Of a stretch of 64,000 nucleotides of DNA, positions 45,890-55,475 are shown piece by piece. A model generated the notes under the pieces. That model did no database searches. It saw only the letters and a list, made by a program, of their open reading frames with translations, and was not told where the DNA came from. Within the stretch, counting starts at the first letter, position 1. Each line of letters starts with the position of its first letter. Made by a program: the position numbers and the translations under genes. Origin of the DNA: Candidatus Latescibacterota bacterium (lineage in GTDB: Bacteria; Latescibacterota; UBA2968; UBA8231); assembly GCA_007571365.1 (NCBI GenBank), contig RKRN01000109.1, forward strand, positions 31,101 through 95,100, written 5' to 3'.

Positions 45890-48607
45890 CTAGTAGGCGA
45901 CGCGCACCAATCGGTGGATCGAGGTTTTCTTTTTCGACGTCGAATCCACTTTTAGGTCGATGTGCATCAGATAGATCCCCGGTGGTACGACCGCTCCCGA
46001 TTGGTCGACGCCCGTCCACGCCACCGTATGACGGCCTGCCGTTATGGTCGTCTCGGCTATACGCGCCACCGGCCGGCCGGCCAGATCGTACACGTCCACT
46101 TGGACCGGCGCTGAACTGAGCACCCGCATCAGCGAAAAACGGACCTCCAGCTCGTCGTTGACGCCGTCGCCATTGGGCGTGAAAACGCGATCGACCTGTA
46201 GATCCCCTAGCAACTCGCCGCGCTCCAGTGCCAACACCACCGTCGTCTCGCTGTCCACAACCCCGTTGGCATCGCCGTCGTCTACCCGCTGCCACGAGTT
46301 CTCGAACTGCGAGTGCCCCATGGAACCGATGAAAAACGTGTTGAACCCGAATATGGTCGCCTCGAACTGGAGCTCCACCAGCGCGGATCCCCTTATCGTC
46401 TTGATCGGGGCCGGCAGACGCACCCACAGCGAATCCGTCTCCATCACCACCTCGAACCCCTCGCTCTCGGCTGTATACGTTACGGCGTCCTGCCCCGTCA
46501 CGTCGACATGCACCTGTTTCAGCGTCATGTCGACGCCCTCGGGTCCCTCAATGAGGATCTCGTCGAACCCCCCGCTGCCCGCGTCGAAGGTCGGGCGGAT
46601 GAAATACGACATTTGCTGCTTCGTGCCGATCTCCTCCAGGCGCGAGGGCAGTATCTCGCCCACGATCGCGCCGGCCACCGGCGTCACGAAGTTCAGCACC
46701 ACCGAACGCAGCGTGGCCGCCGCCTTGGGGTCTTCCGTCAGGAAGATCGCCCTGATGGCGACGAACCGTCTGGGACTGGGCGAGGTAATTTTTGCGCCTG
46801 AATCGAAGTAGGGCTGACTCCAGCCGCTCCAGTCATTGCCCGGGCGCGTCTCGGTTAAGACCGGCCCTACCGAAGCATCCCCGAAGAACTTTTTGTCCGT
46901 CTCCCAGGCCTCGGCCGCCTCCTCTTCGGTGCCCGGATACAAATCCCCGTTCTTCTTGTAGTAGCGGGTTATGCTCTCGACCGTATCGCCGGTCCGGGTT
47001 TGCAAGATCAGCTCCGTACCCGGCGGCACATCGGCCTCCCACTCGATGGTAGCCAAGTTCTGAGGGGTCCGCGCCACCTCTATGAACGGGGCCTCCCCTC
47101 CGAACTCGGACGAGATCTGCGACTCCGGCAGGAATCCTTCCCCGAAAAACTGGACCTCCGACACCCCGTGGCTCCCTTGCCCGGGCTCGTACGTAGAGCG
47201 GTCGTGGAGCCTATAGGTAAAGGCAAAATGCTCAACCTTCGTGAGCGGGAACTTGAAGTCGTGGAAGTTCTGCCCCCGCACGATGTCGCTGAGCGACCCC
47301 ACCGTCTTCCAGGCTAGTTCGCCGCCGGCATTGGTGGAGCCGTCCGAGAGTTGAATGCGGTAGGCTCTGAACGGAGGTGGGTTGGGGAGGGCGTGGAGTA
47401 TTCTGATATTGTCCACAAAGTAGGAGCCTCCGAGATCTATGAACATCGAGCGCTCCGCATCCCGCGGATCCGCAATCGGCAACCTGTTGGGATCGTAACT
47501 CCCGTTGGCAGACCAGAACACGACCTCGCCGAAGAGGTCCCCATCTACCACGGCCGCCCCCTTGTTGACATTCTCCCGGGCGGTCACCCTGCCGCCCCGC
47601 TCCAGTACGCCCGTGCCGATGTTGTCGCCGATGGTCCAGACCTCGATCTCGGCCAGCCTGGGTATTTCGCGGCGGTAGTAAACCACCGGCCCCTGCCGCT
47701 CGGTGCCCGCCAGAGCTTCCCAATCCTCTTTCCCATCCAGCAACCTCACCGTCCCCGACACTTCTCGCCGGAAGTACTCTATCTCTCCCTGTTGATCGGC
47801 TGGCAAACTATCGTATTCGGACTGAGAAACCTGCCTCGCCCTGCCGAAGTCGCTGTCCGTGATCCCCACCCCGACGTATTGGATGACGTCGCCGGTGAAG
47901 TCGCCCAGTGCATCGGGCCACTTCGTCGGTAGCTGTCCGGTCAGGTCGATCTCGAAAACCCGCTCGTTCTTGTTCGGGCCGTCCGTGGTGAAGCGCGTCC
48001 GGAAAAGGAGCTGACCGAGCGTTTTCTGTCCCTGTGAAGTGATCACCTTGAACTGCAGAAAAGGGTCTCCCAGCTCTTCACCGACAAACTTGAGGACGAT
48101 CTTGGTGGCCGATACCGTCCGCCCCAGATCGATCTGCACCCACCAGTCCTGCAACAGGTCGGAGGGGTCCGGTTCCCAGAAGGTGTCCATCCTGCCATCC
48201 ATGAGGTCGATGCCGCCCGAGCGATTAGACCCGGCATTCAACACACCGCCGCCGAAATCGACGGCATTGAGGACGGCGTTGATGCCTGGAACCACGACTT
48301 CTTCATCTTCTATTTGCAGTCCCGTGTGCTTGCGGATGAAGGCGGGTTTCACTCCCTCATCGCCGATCTGGACCGTGTTGGCAGCGGAGTGCCAGTGTTC
48401 CCAATGCGCCCTAGAATCGACGACCACTCTGCCTGAACCCAGGGAGTACCCCTCCTGTCCCCAGCACAGACATGCCGCCGACAACGTCAACGCGGAACAG
48501 ACGAGTGCCGTGCGGAGGGGGGCCGCTAGCCGTTGAGCGCCGACCCATCCCCGCTCGCGGTGCCTACCTACGCTGCGCGGCACTCGGGTTCTTGTCGAGT
48601 TCAGCAA
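45890..48607 (-). CDS. Secreted protein with two discoidin-like domains and FlgD-Ig/T9SS type-B-like C-terminal domain
   Basis: MDGRMDTFW...IDLG twice; VFTPNGDGVND...VYDLAG...PPGIY; AAGGAG RBS before TTG. Confidence 0.8.
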   Translation of the reverse strand: MLNSTRTRVPRSVGRHRERGWVGAQRLAAPLRTALVCSALTLSAACLCWGQEGYSLGSGRVVVDSRAHWEHWHSAANTVQIGDEGVKPAFIRKHTGLQIEDEEVVVPGINAVLNAVDFGGGVLNAGSNRSGGIDLMDGRMDTFWEPDPSDLLQDWWVQIDLGRTVSATKIVLKFVGEELGDPFLQFKVITSQGQKTLGQLLFRTRFTTDGPNKNERVFEIDLTGQLPTKWPDALGDFTGDVIQYVGVGITDSDFGRARQVSQSEYDSLPADQQGEIEYFRREVSGTVRLLDGKEDWEALAGTERQGPVVYYRREIPRLAEIEVWTIGDNIGTGVLERGGRVTARENVNKGAAVVDGDLFGEVVFWSANGSYDPNRLPIADPRDAERSMFIDLGGSYFVDNIRILHALPNPPPFRAYRIQLSDGSTNAGGELAWKTVGSLSDIVRGQNFHDFKFPLTKVEHFAFTYRLHDRSTYEPGQGSHGVSEVQFFGEGFLPESQISSEFGGEAPFIEVARTPQNLATIEWEADVPPGTELILQTRTGDTVESITRYYKKNGDLYPGTEEEAAEAWETDKKFFGDASVGPVLTETRPGNDWSGWSQPYFDSGAKITSPSPRRFVAIRAIFLTEDPKAAATLRSVVLNFVTPVAGAIVGEILPSRLEEIGTKQQMSYFIRPTFDAGSGGFDEILIEGPEGVDMTLKQVHVDVTGQDAVTYTAESEGFEVVMETDSLWVRLPAPIKTIRGSALVELQFEATIFGFNTFFIGSMGHSQFENSWQRVDDGDANGVVDSETTVVLALERGELLGDLQVDRVFTPNGDGVNDELEVRFSLMRVLSSAPVQVDVYDLAGRPVARIAETTITAGRHTVAWTGVDQSGAVVPPGIYLMHIDLKVDSTSKKKTSIHRLVRVAY

Positions 48608-48675
48608 TACTTCTTTCTCCTTATCTCGCTCCCGAGCTTGCGCTCCGCTCGTGTCGGAAACGCCGTTGAGTGCCG

Positions 48676-48715
48676 AAAAAAGGGGGGGCGAGGATCAACG
48701 ATCTCGCCCCCCCTT
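48676..48715 (-). terminator. Strong intrinsic terminator inside the minus-strand operon
   Basis: GGGGGGGCGAG...CTCGCCCCCCC stem followed by U6 on the minus strand. Confidence 0.85.
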
Positions 48716-48755
48716 CAACAACAGCCGTCCTGGGTCCTTATAGCCGACCTTTCTC

Positions 48756-49673
48756 CTATTTGGAGAAGCCCGCCTTAATGCGGCCCCAGCTATCGTCCTC
48801 GACCGCTGTGGCGTCGGTGTCGGACACCCAGTTGTTTGCGTCAAAACCAAGTAGCACGTAGTCCACTAGGGAGTCGGCGTGGAAGTACATGTTGATGTCG
48901 CCCGTGGAGACCCAGTAGCCGTTGTACGAATTGCCCGGGCCGTTGTCATCGTCCTGAATGGCCATGCCGATGCCCATGACCTGGCCTTCCTCCAAGTCGT
49001 GGATAATCAGGTCGGGATCGTCGGAACCGGTCGAACTGGCAGGCAGGTCGTCGAAGGTGGTGAACCAACTCTCCTGATAGAGGGTGGCGGGTCCACCGGC
49101 CTCGCCCTCAACGTCCCATCTGATGCCGGCGTAAGGCTCCACGGAAGCCCATACTCCGCCGCCCCACAACCACAGGTTGTTGTCCGCGTTATTGAGCGAC
49201 TGCTGCCAGTCCTGCGCGGTGGCCCCGGCCCATCGCGCCGGATCTAGGTCGATAGATTCCACGCCTTGGAACTGTCCGCCGCTGTGGTCGGCATCAAGCA
49301 CGAGCTCGAGTTTGTCGTTAGTGTCGTCGAGGGTGCCGTACCAGACGTCGTCGAACCTTTCCTCCATGACGTACACAAGGTTGGTCTCTGGGTGCCAGCC
49401 GACGATGATGCGCTCGGCGAGGTTGCCCGGATCCGGGTCGCCTTGGGTGCCCGTGACGACCTCGACCAAGTCATCTTGGGTTACCCAGAAGACAGACGGT
49501 ACGTTGTCCCAATCGCTGAGATCACCGTCCATCACGACGTCCCTGATTCCATCGACGTCGATGGGCACCTGTACCGCCGCCCAGTTCCGGTCTGTCCGCT
49601 GGTGGGCCGAACTCGGGGTAAAGGAGGCGAGAACGAGGCCCAAAACGGTAGCTATAACGATAATCCTCTTCAC
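48756..49673 (-). CDS. Secreted acidic CBM9/DOMON-like protein with C-terminal TAVE..SWGRIK tail
   Basis: AAAGGAG RBS, GTG start, signal peptide MKRIIVIA...SSA; MDGDLSDW; ends TAVEDDSWGRIKAGFSK. Confidence 0.8.
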   Translation of the reverse strand: MKRIIVIATVLGLVLASFTPSSAHQRTDRNWAAVQVPIDVDGIRDVVMDGDLSDWDNVPSVFWVTQDDLVEVVTGTQGDPDPGNLAERIIVGWHPETNLVYVMEERFDDVWYGTLDDTNDKLELVLDADHSGGQFQGVESIDLDPARWAGATAQDWQQSLNNADNNLWLWGGGVWASVEPYAGIRWDVEGEAGGPATLYQESWFTTFDDLPASSTGSDDPDLIIHDLEEGQVMGIGMAIQDDDNGPGNSYNGYWVSTGDINMYFHADSLVDYVLLGFDANNWVSDTDATAVEDDSWGRIKAGFSK

Positions 49674-50406
49674 TGTTGCTTCTCCTTTCATCTGGGAGAT
49701 GATGACTGCTGCTACTGCGTTGATTCCTGAAATGCGGGTTTTGCTTTTAAACACCTCCTTTCAGCGCGCCATTCGCTCAGCGAACGAGAGCAAACGAGAA
49801 CTGGTGGTTTTGTGCAAATTAGCTCTCGCCGCTGTTTTTATTAGTTGCTGTAAATAAATAGCTTACGGTCTTATGGATGAATGACCTGCGTTTATCTATT
49901 TATTGAAACAATGAAGCAATGAGCGTTAATATGAGGAAATTTGCCCGGAAGTCCAAGAAAAACTTCCAGCATGTTGATGCCCCAAATCCACCCCGCTGAC
50001 CGGGCCTGTCCTCACGTCGGACCTCGGCAGCTATGCTTCGTTGGGGTTTACCCCCAGTTTGCCCAGAGTTTGCCTAGGGTCGGTTCCTCGAAGCCGACCG
50101 GGTGATGTCCTCGAAGCGTCCCCTGTAGAGCGTATTGCTACGAGGCGTTATAAACACTATCGGGGTATCCATTTAACCGGACCTAGGGTATCTTACGTAG
50201 GAGCGCAGAACATGAGATGGCGAACCGGGCCTGGGTACTTCTCGTGCAGCATCTCTATCTGCGAGATGGGCGGGGCCTACAATCTCGTCCCGCCCGCCGG
50301 CACGTTTGGAGACATCACGGGTCGATCTATCCGTCAACACGGCGGTGGAGGGCGAAGCTCGGTCGCTGCTGCCTCCTCACTTGGGTAGTTCCTTAGTAAG
50401 GTGTAG

Positions 50407-51840
50407 ATGATGCAGGCACAAACAGGGCAAACCATTAAGTGGTCTAGAAAAACTACCATATTCATTGACATCCTTTTGGTTATTACCCCCTTTCTACTGC
50501 TTATAGGACTAGAGATCTATTTGCGGCATACTGATTACGGCCTTGATGACAGGCTATTTATCCCTCAAAGCTCTTCTTTCACGTACCAACTTAATCAGGA
50601 GTTGTACCGAAAGTATTATTCAATTAATAATCCCATGCTTAAACAGCTAATTCCCAAGGTAAGCATGAAACAGCAGAAATCCGAAAAGGATTTTCGCATC
50701 TTTTGTCTTGGGGGTTCAACGACAAGAGGGCCGTTTCCTATGCTACTTCACGAATTATTAAAACGTGCCAAAGTGGATAAGACGGTAGAAGTGGTTAACT
50801 TAGGAATAGATACTTTTAATAGTTACCAGGTCCTCGACATTACAAAAAAACTTCCTCAGTACGATCCCGATCTTTTGATCATTTATATGGGACATAACGA
50901 AATTTATGGACCATACGGTGCAGCATCGAATGTGGCATTGGGCACGTCTCGTAACGCAATCAATCTAATTTTGCGATTACGCGAGATTAAGATATTTCAG
51001 CTAGCAAACAACTTTTACTCAAAGTTAGGAGCACCTTCTAATCAATTTGAAAAGGAACGATCGCCATATAGAATGATGGTAAACAGTTCCCTTGCCCCTC
51101 ATCATCCTCTACGGGAGCAAGCCATTGAGAATTTCAGGGGAAATCTCCGCGAAATTATCTCTATTGCAAAGCGTCATCAAATCCCTGTGGTTTTAGGGAC
51201 GATCGTTGCCAATCTTCGAGATTGGTGCCCATTTGACTCAGAACCGCCGCCATCTTCCCTCGACGTTACCCAATGGCAACAGTTGTTAGAGAATGGCAAG
51301 GCTGCATTTGAACAAAGTCATCTAGAAGAGGCGGAACGCATCTACCAGACAGCAATTGAACTTTTCCCAGATCATGCCCAAACTCATTTTGATCTAGGTC
51401 ATGTTTACCTTGCCCAAGGACATCAAGATAAAGCTAAACGATCCTTCACAATAGCAAGAGACTTGGATATTTTACCGATCAGAGCTTCATCAGAGATAAA
51501 CGAAACGATAAAAAGTGTTGCTAAGGAAACAGACATCATATTAGCAGACCTTGAAACCGTATTCCAAAATTGCGATCCCAAGAGTGTGATTGGCAAACCA
51601 ATGATTGTTGAACACCTGCATCCTTCAAATGAAGGATATTATTTAATCGCAAGCCATCTGACCCACATCATTCTTAAAGAAGGGTTTTTGGCGGCGAGTA
51701 AAAGGTTGAATTTTGACGATCCATCGTTAAAAAGAGAACTGGATATAGGAGAATTGAACAAAGAGGACCTCGTTCGACTCAGACTTATGTTGAAGATCTG
51801 GCCATTTAACATTAACAATGAAGGTTATCAGTATCCTTGA
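50407..51840 (+). CDS. Membrane-anchored SGNH/GDSL hydrolase with TPR insert (low GC)
   Basis: GGSTT, GHNE and EHLHP blocks; TPR pair; markedly AT-richer than flanks. Confidence 0.82.
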   Translation: MMQAQTGQTIKWSRKTTIFIDILLVITPFLLLIGLEIYLRHTDYGLDDRLFIPQSSSFTYQLNQELYRKYYSINNPMLKQLIPKVSMKQQKSEKDFRIFCLGGSTTRGPFPMLLHELLKRAKVDKTVEVVNLGIDTFNSYQVLDITKKLPQYDPDLLIIYMGHNEIYGPYGAASNVALGTSRNAINLILRLREIKIFQLANNFYSKLGAPSNQFEKERSPYRMMVNSSLAPHHPLREQAIENFRGNLREIISIAKRHQIPVVLGTIVANLRDWCPFDSEPPPSSLDVTQWQQLLENGKAAFEQSHLEEAERIYQTAIELFPDHAQTHFDLGHVYLAQGHQDKAKRSFTIARDLDILPIRASSEINETIKSVAKETDIILADLETVFQNCDPKSVIGKPMIVEHLHPSNEGYYLIASHLTHIILKEGFLAASKRLNFDDPSLKRELDIGELNKEDLVRLRLMLKIWPFNINNEGYQYP

Positions 51841-51914
51841 ATTTAAAAACTGATCTTCCGCTAGAGAGTTCTGGACGCCCGCGGCATCATGCTGGGCATT
51901 AGATTGTCCCTCTC

Positions 51915-53367
51915 TCAGGCGGGCAGGGGCACGAACTGCAGGCTGTACAAGTCAGCGTCGCTGAGGGCGAAGCGCAGGCGGATCGGTTTGCCGGCCAGGC
52001 TGCGGACATCGGCCTGGCCCTTCCAAGTGACCATGAGGTCTAGGTAGTCGCCGTAGATCTCATCGCAGTCGTGCAGGGTGTACCCCTTCAGTGCTTTGCC
52101 GTCGCCATCCTGAATCTCGACGCGCACCGAGCCGGCAGCGGAAGTGCCTACGTTCAGGCTCAGAGTGCCGCCGGCGAAGGTGAAGGGCCGCGTGGTCAGT
52201 TCGCCCCCCTTCAGCGGCGCGTTGGCGGACACGAAGCCGTCCACGCGGAGCGTGAAGCGCCGCAGCCGGGAGACCTCGCCGCCGTAGTATCCCTCGCTGT
52301 TGAAAATCGACAGTTCCTTCGGCGCCGCGGGAAGGTCGTTGGCTGTCTCCAGAATGCCCCAAGCCGTCATGTTGTTGCGGGTTTCCCAGCGCTCCGGCTG
52401 CAGGCCGGGCCGCACGAAGGCCGCGTCCCAGCGCTTGAAGTGCAGGCCGTCGCGGCTGGTCATGTACACGCCGTCCGATACGCCGCTGGCCCGGTTGCTG
52501 GACAGGCGGCGATCTGGCAACAGGCGCTTTGGGAAGCCCATGTAGATGTGCGGTGCCCGGTAGTAGGGCGTCACCGCGTTCGTGTAGAGGTGCTCAAGGG
52601 GTGCGCCGCCGAAGTCGAGTAATTGCGGCTTCGTCCAGCGGCGGAAGTCCGTTGAGGTACAGGTCATGATCTGGCGAAAGCGCACACCGCCGGGGTAGAT
52701 GGAGTCGCGGTGATATGCGACGTAGCAGCCGCGCAGCGGGTCGTAGAAGGCTAGGTTCTGCGAATCGAAAACATTGGCCCCCACGGTGTGGTCCATCACC
52801 GGTTTCTCCGACAGCAGGCTCCAATGCACGCCGTCCGGCGATTTGAAGGCGAAGAGGGCCTGCTCTTCGTGGTTGCGCGCTCGGGCTGCCCAGAGCCTTG
52901 TACTCCTCGCCCTCCCGGCAATTCGGGTTGCGGTCGCGGAAGGGCGTGAAGTTGAGCGAGCCGGGACCGTCCCAGATGATGTTGTTGCGCGTCGAGCCCT
53001 TGTAGTTGACCAAGCCTAGTTCCGGCCGGTACCACTCGATGCCGTCGCGGCTTTCGGCGTAGCACACGACCGGTGTGTAGGCACCAGACGGGCCGTAGTG
53101 CGAGCCGCGGTAGTAGGCGCGGAACAGATTGTCGTCCTGGAACACCGTGTGGTAGCCGCTGGTGTTGCCCTCCCACGGTGCGTCGTGGTCGATTGCCACG
53201 TTTCGCGGCACTGGCTTCTGCAGGCGTAGTTCGACGCCGTGCAGCCGCTCAATCAGGTAGTCGTCGACGAACAGTTCGCGCCTGTCGCCCAACTCGATGA
53301 CGCCCGCCGGGGTGCTGCTGGCGGTTTTCCTCTTTTTCGTTGGCTTCGCTCTCTTGCTCTTGGCCAT
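51915..53367 (-). pseudogene. Frameshifted beta-propeller glycoside-hydrolase-like gene (GH32/43/130 superfamily-like)
   Basis: N-half (RELFVDD...YAESRDGIEW..P.LG...YKALG) and C-half (SPDGVHW...FDSQN...LRVDGF) are in different frames; shift near 52880. Confidence 0.75.
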
Positions 53368-53522
53368 CTCTGGTTCCCTTTCTGTATTGCGGCTACCCTG
53401 CCGACCATCTGCGCCGGCGTCAACCGAAGCTCGATTTCGCCACGGGCAACGCGCCATGGGAGACGCCTTCCGTCGTCCTGTTCTTGGTCGCTCTGCGCTG
53501 CTTAGCTTGGCCGCGACCGCCT

Positions 53523-55475
53523 TCAGATCTGGGTCAGGAAGCTGCCGGTGTGCCCGGTGGCGTAGTCGACGAGCACAAACACCCCGGCCCCGACGATTTC
53601 GCCTAGGATCAGGCCCAGGAAGAAGGGCCGCAGGTTGCGGTAGAGGCGCACACCACCGTAGCGCAGGATCACCAACTTCAGGAACCAAGCTAGCAGGGCG
53701 CTGCAAAAGATGTGGCCCGTCTTCCAATTGGCGGCGATCGTGAACCCGAGTGGGTTGAGGGGCCACCACAGGAAGTGGTGGCGTGCCCACATGAGTGCCA
53801 CCATCACACCCGCTCCGATGCCCATAAACTGCCAAGCGTCCCAGCGCGGGCCTTCGGGTTCGGCGGCGATGCGCGGGGCCATATCCATGGGGCCGAAATG
53901 GGTGGACTGCCAGGAGAAGAACAGGGGATTGAGGTTGATGCCGCCGTGTTCGTACGCCATGACCAAGGTGACGTAGGAGGAGCCCGCTAGGCTGACTAGG
54001 ATGGCCAAGACAATGGCCCAGAATAGCCGGTGCTTTTGGCTGCGGATCATTTCGCTCATCTTCAGCCCGTTGGCGACCGAGGCCATCACGAAGGAACGGA
54101 CCTCGGCGTGCCAGCCGTAGGAGAAGCCGAGTGCCACCAAGCCTTGGGTGCCGATAGAGGAGGTGCCGACCGCGGAGATCACGAAGGTCGAGGTCATCAG
54201 GGGCGGACGCATGGCCGGGATGCCGCCCTCGGCGACCACCCGCGTCAGTGCCATGAATAGGATCATGGCACCGAAGACGAATAGCAGGGCCACCGGGAAG
54301 GGCAGGCCGATCGTCCACAGCCAGACGGCGACGGCGATCAGGCCGGCGAGCAGCCCGAAAAACGCCTGTCGGTAGGAGAGGATCTCGCCGCCGTCATCGA
54401 TCTCCCGCAGCCCGACGACGGCCTTCGCCACCACATCGCGCAGGTGCCGGCGCGCCACCCACAGCCCGACGACTACGAAGGCGATCATCGCTCCGAGACC
54501 TTGGTGGGCTAGAAAGGGATCTTCGGAGTAGAAGTCAATCCGCTGTGTGCTCTGTACGCCAAGCGTGTTGAAGATGCCCCGCTGCAGCCTGACGAGGACA
54601 TAGAAGACCCAGATCGAAGCCGAAATGTCGAGGTTGACGAAATAGAAGAACCCGGTCCAGGGCGGGCTAAACCAGAAGCTGAGCCAAGTATTGCCAAACA
54701 GGGGTACGCCCGCGGTGCGCTCAAAGCGGGGAAATTCCGGAAAGTAGGAGTGTATGCCGTTGATGCTCAACAGCAGGAAGGAGATGGCGAAGCCCAACCA
54801 CATGGTCTTGTTGGTGAAGAACGAGCGGCCCACGGTGCCGCCTTCTTCCTGCCGCATCATCTCCATCGGCACCTGCACCAGCGCGTAGCTGAGTTTCTCG
54901 TTGTCGACCCACTGCCTGCGCAGAATGACCATCGTGCAAATCATCGCGAAGGCGAGGGCGAGAAAGAAGCCGAACCACAGGCTCAGCGGTACGACCCAAG
55001 CACTCCATGGGATTGAGGCTCCCTCGGGCAACCCCTCAAAAAAGTGGCGGGCCACGTTCTCGCCGCGCGGGATCATCCACTGGGGGATGTATTGATTGTA
55101 GAGGGAATCCCAGTTGTTCTCGGGCGTGGCGTAGTAGGTTGACCCGAGGAGGCAGGGGATCATAAACTGGGTGAAACCCATGCCGGGGATGCAGCAGGCC
55201 ACCACCAGCATGATATAGATGGTGATCAGTTCCGCCCGGGTCAGCGCCAGCCATCGGCCGACCATGGCGCTGGCTAAGACGAGGAAGAAAAACAAGAAGA
55301 GGGCGGCCGGAGTGCTGAAGTTGAGGGTTAGGTAGGAACCTTGGATCGCATTGGTCGCGTAGGTATCGCAGATGTTGAGCACCAGTGCCAGCACCGCCCC
55401 GATAAGGATACCCCGCAGAGGGATCCCCTGCAGATCCCGCGCCTGCTGTGGGTCCCCCTGCGTAAGCACCGTCAT
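53523..55475 (-). CDS. Polytopic membrane protein, DUF6785/DUF6784-like (possible OPT-like transporter)
   Basis: RRQWVDNEKLSY, RVVAEGG, WWPLNPLG, PFFLGLILGE; ATGA overlap with upstream gene. Confidence 0.75.
   Translation of the reverse strand: MTVLTQGDPQQARDLQGIPLRGILIGAVLALVLNICDTYATNAIQGSYLTLNFSTPAALFLFFFLVLASAMVGRWLALTRAELITIYIMLVVACCIPGMGFTQFMIPCLLGSTYYATPENNWDSLYNQYIPQWMIPRGENVARHFFEGLPEGASIPWSAWVVPLSLWFGFFLALAFAMICTMVILRRQWVDNEKLSYALVQVPMEMMRQEEGGTVGRSFFTNKTMWLGFAISFLLLSINGIHSYFPEFPRFERTAGVPLFGNTWLSFWFSPPWTGFFYFVNLDISASIWVFYVLVRLQRGIFNTLGVQSTQRIDFYSEDPFLAHQGLGAMIAFVVVGLWVARRHLRDVVAKAVVGLREIDDGGEILSYRQAFFGLLAGLIAVAVWLWTIGLPFPVALLFVFGAMILFMALTRVVAEGGIPAMRPPLMTSTFVISAVGTSSIGTQGLVALGFSYGWHAEVRSFVMASVANGLKMSEMIRSQKHRLFWAIVLAILVSLAGSSYVTLVMAYEHGGINLNPLFFSWQSTHFGPMDMAPRIAAEPEGPRWDAWQFMGIGAGVMVALMWARHHFLWWPLNPLGFTIAANWKTGHIFCSALLAWFLKLVILRYGGVRLYRNLRPFFLGLILGEIVGAGVFVLVDYATGHTGSFLTQI

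Noticed and set aside
45852-46427. N-terminal 190 aa of the 773-aa ORF 44106-46427
   Set aside because: Off-frame shadow of the 45890-48607 gene; signal peptide begins near 45851
50041-50388. 115-aa ORF before the low-GC gene
   Set aside because: TTG start without RBS and no recognisable motifs; possibly a remnant but not supportable
53368-54318. N-terminal part of the 574-aa ORF 52594-54318
   Set aside because: Arg/Pro-rich shadow of the membrane-protein gene; real coding starts at ATG 53367
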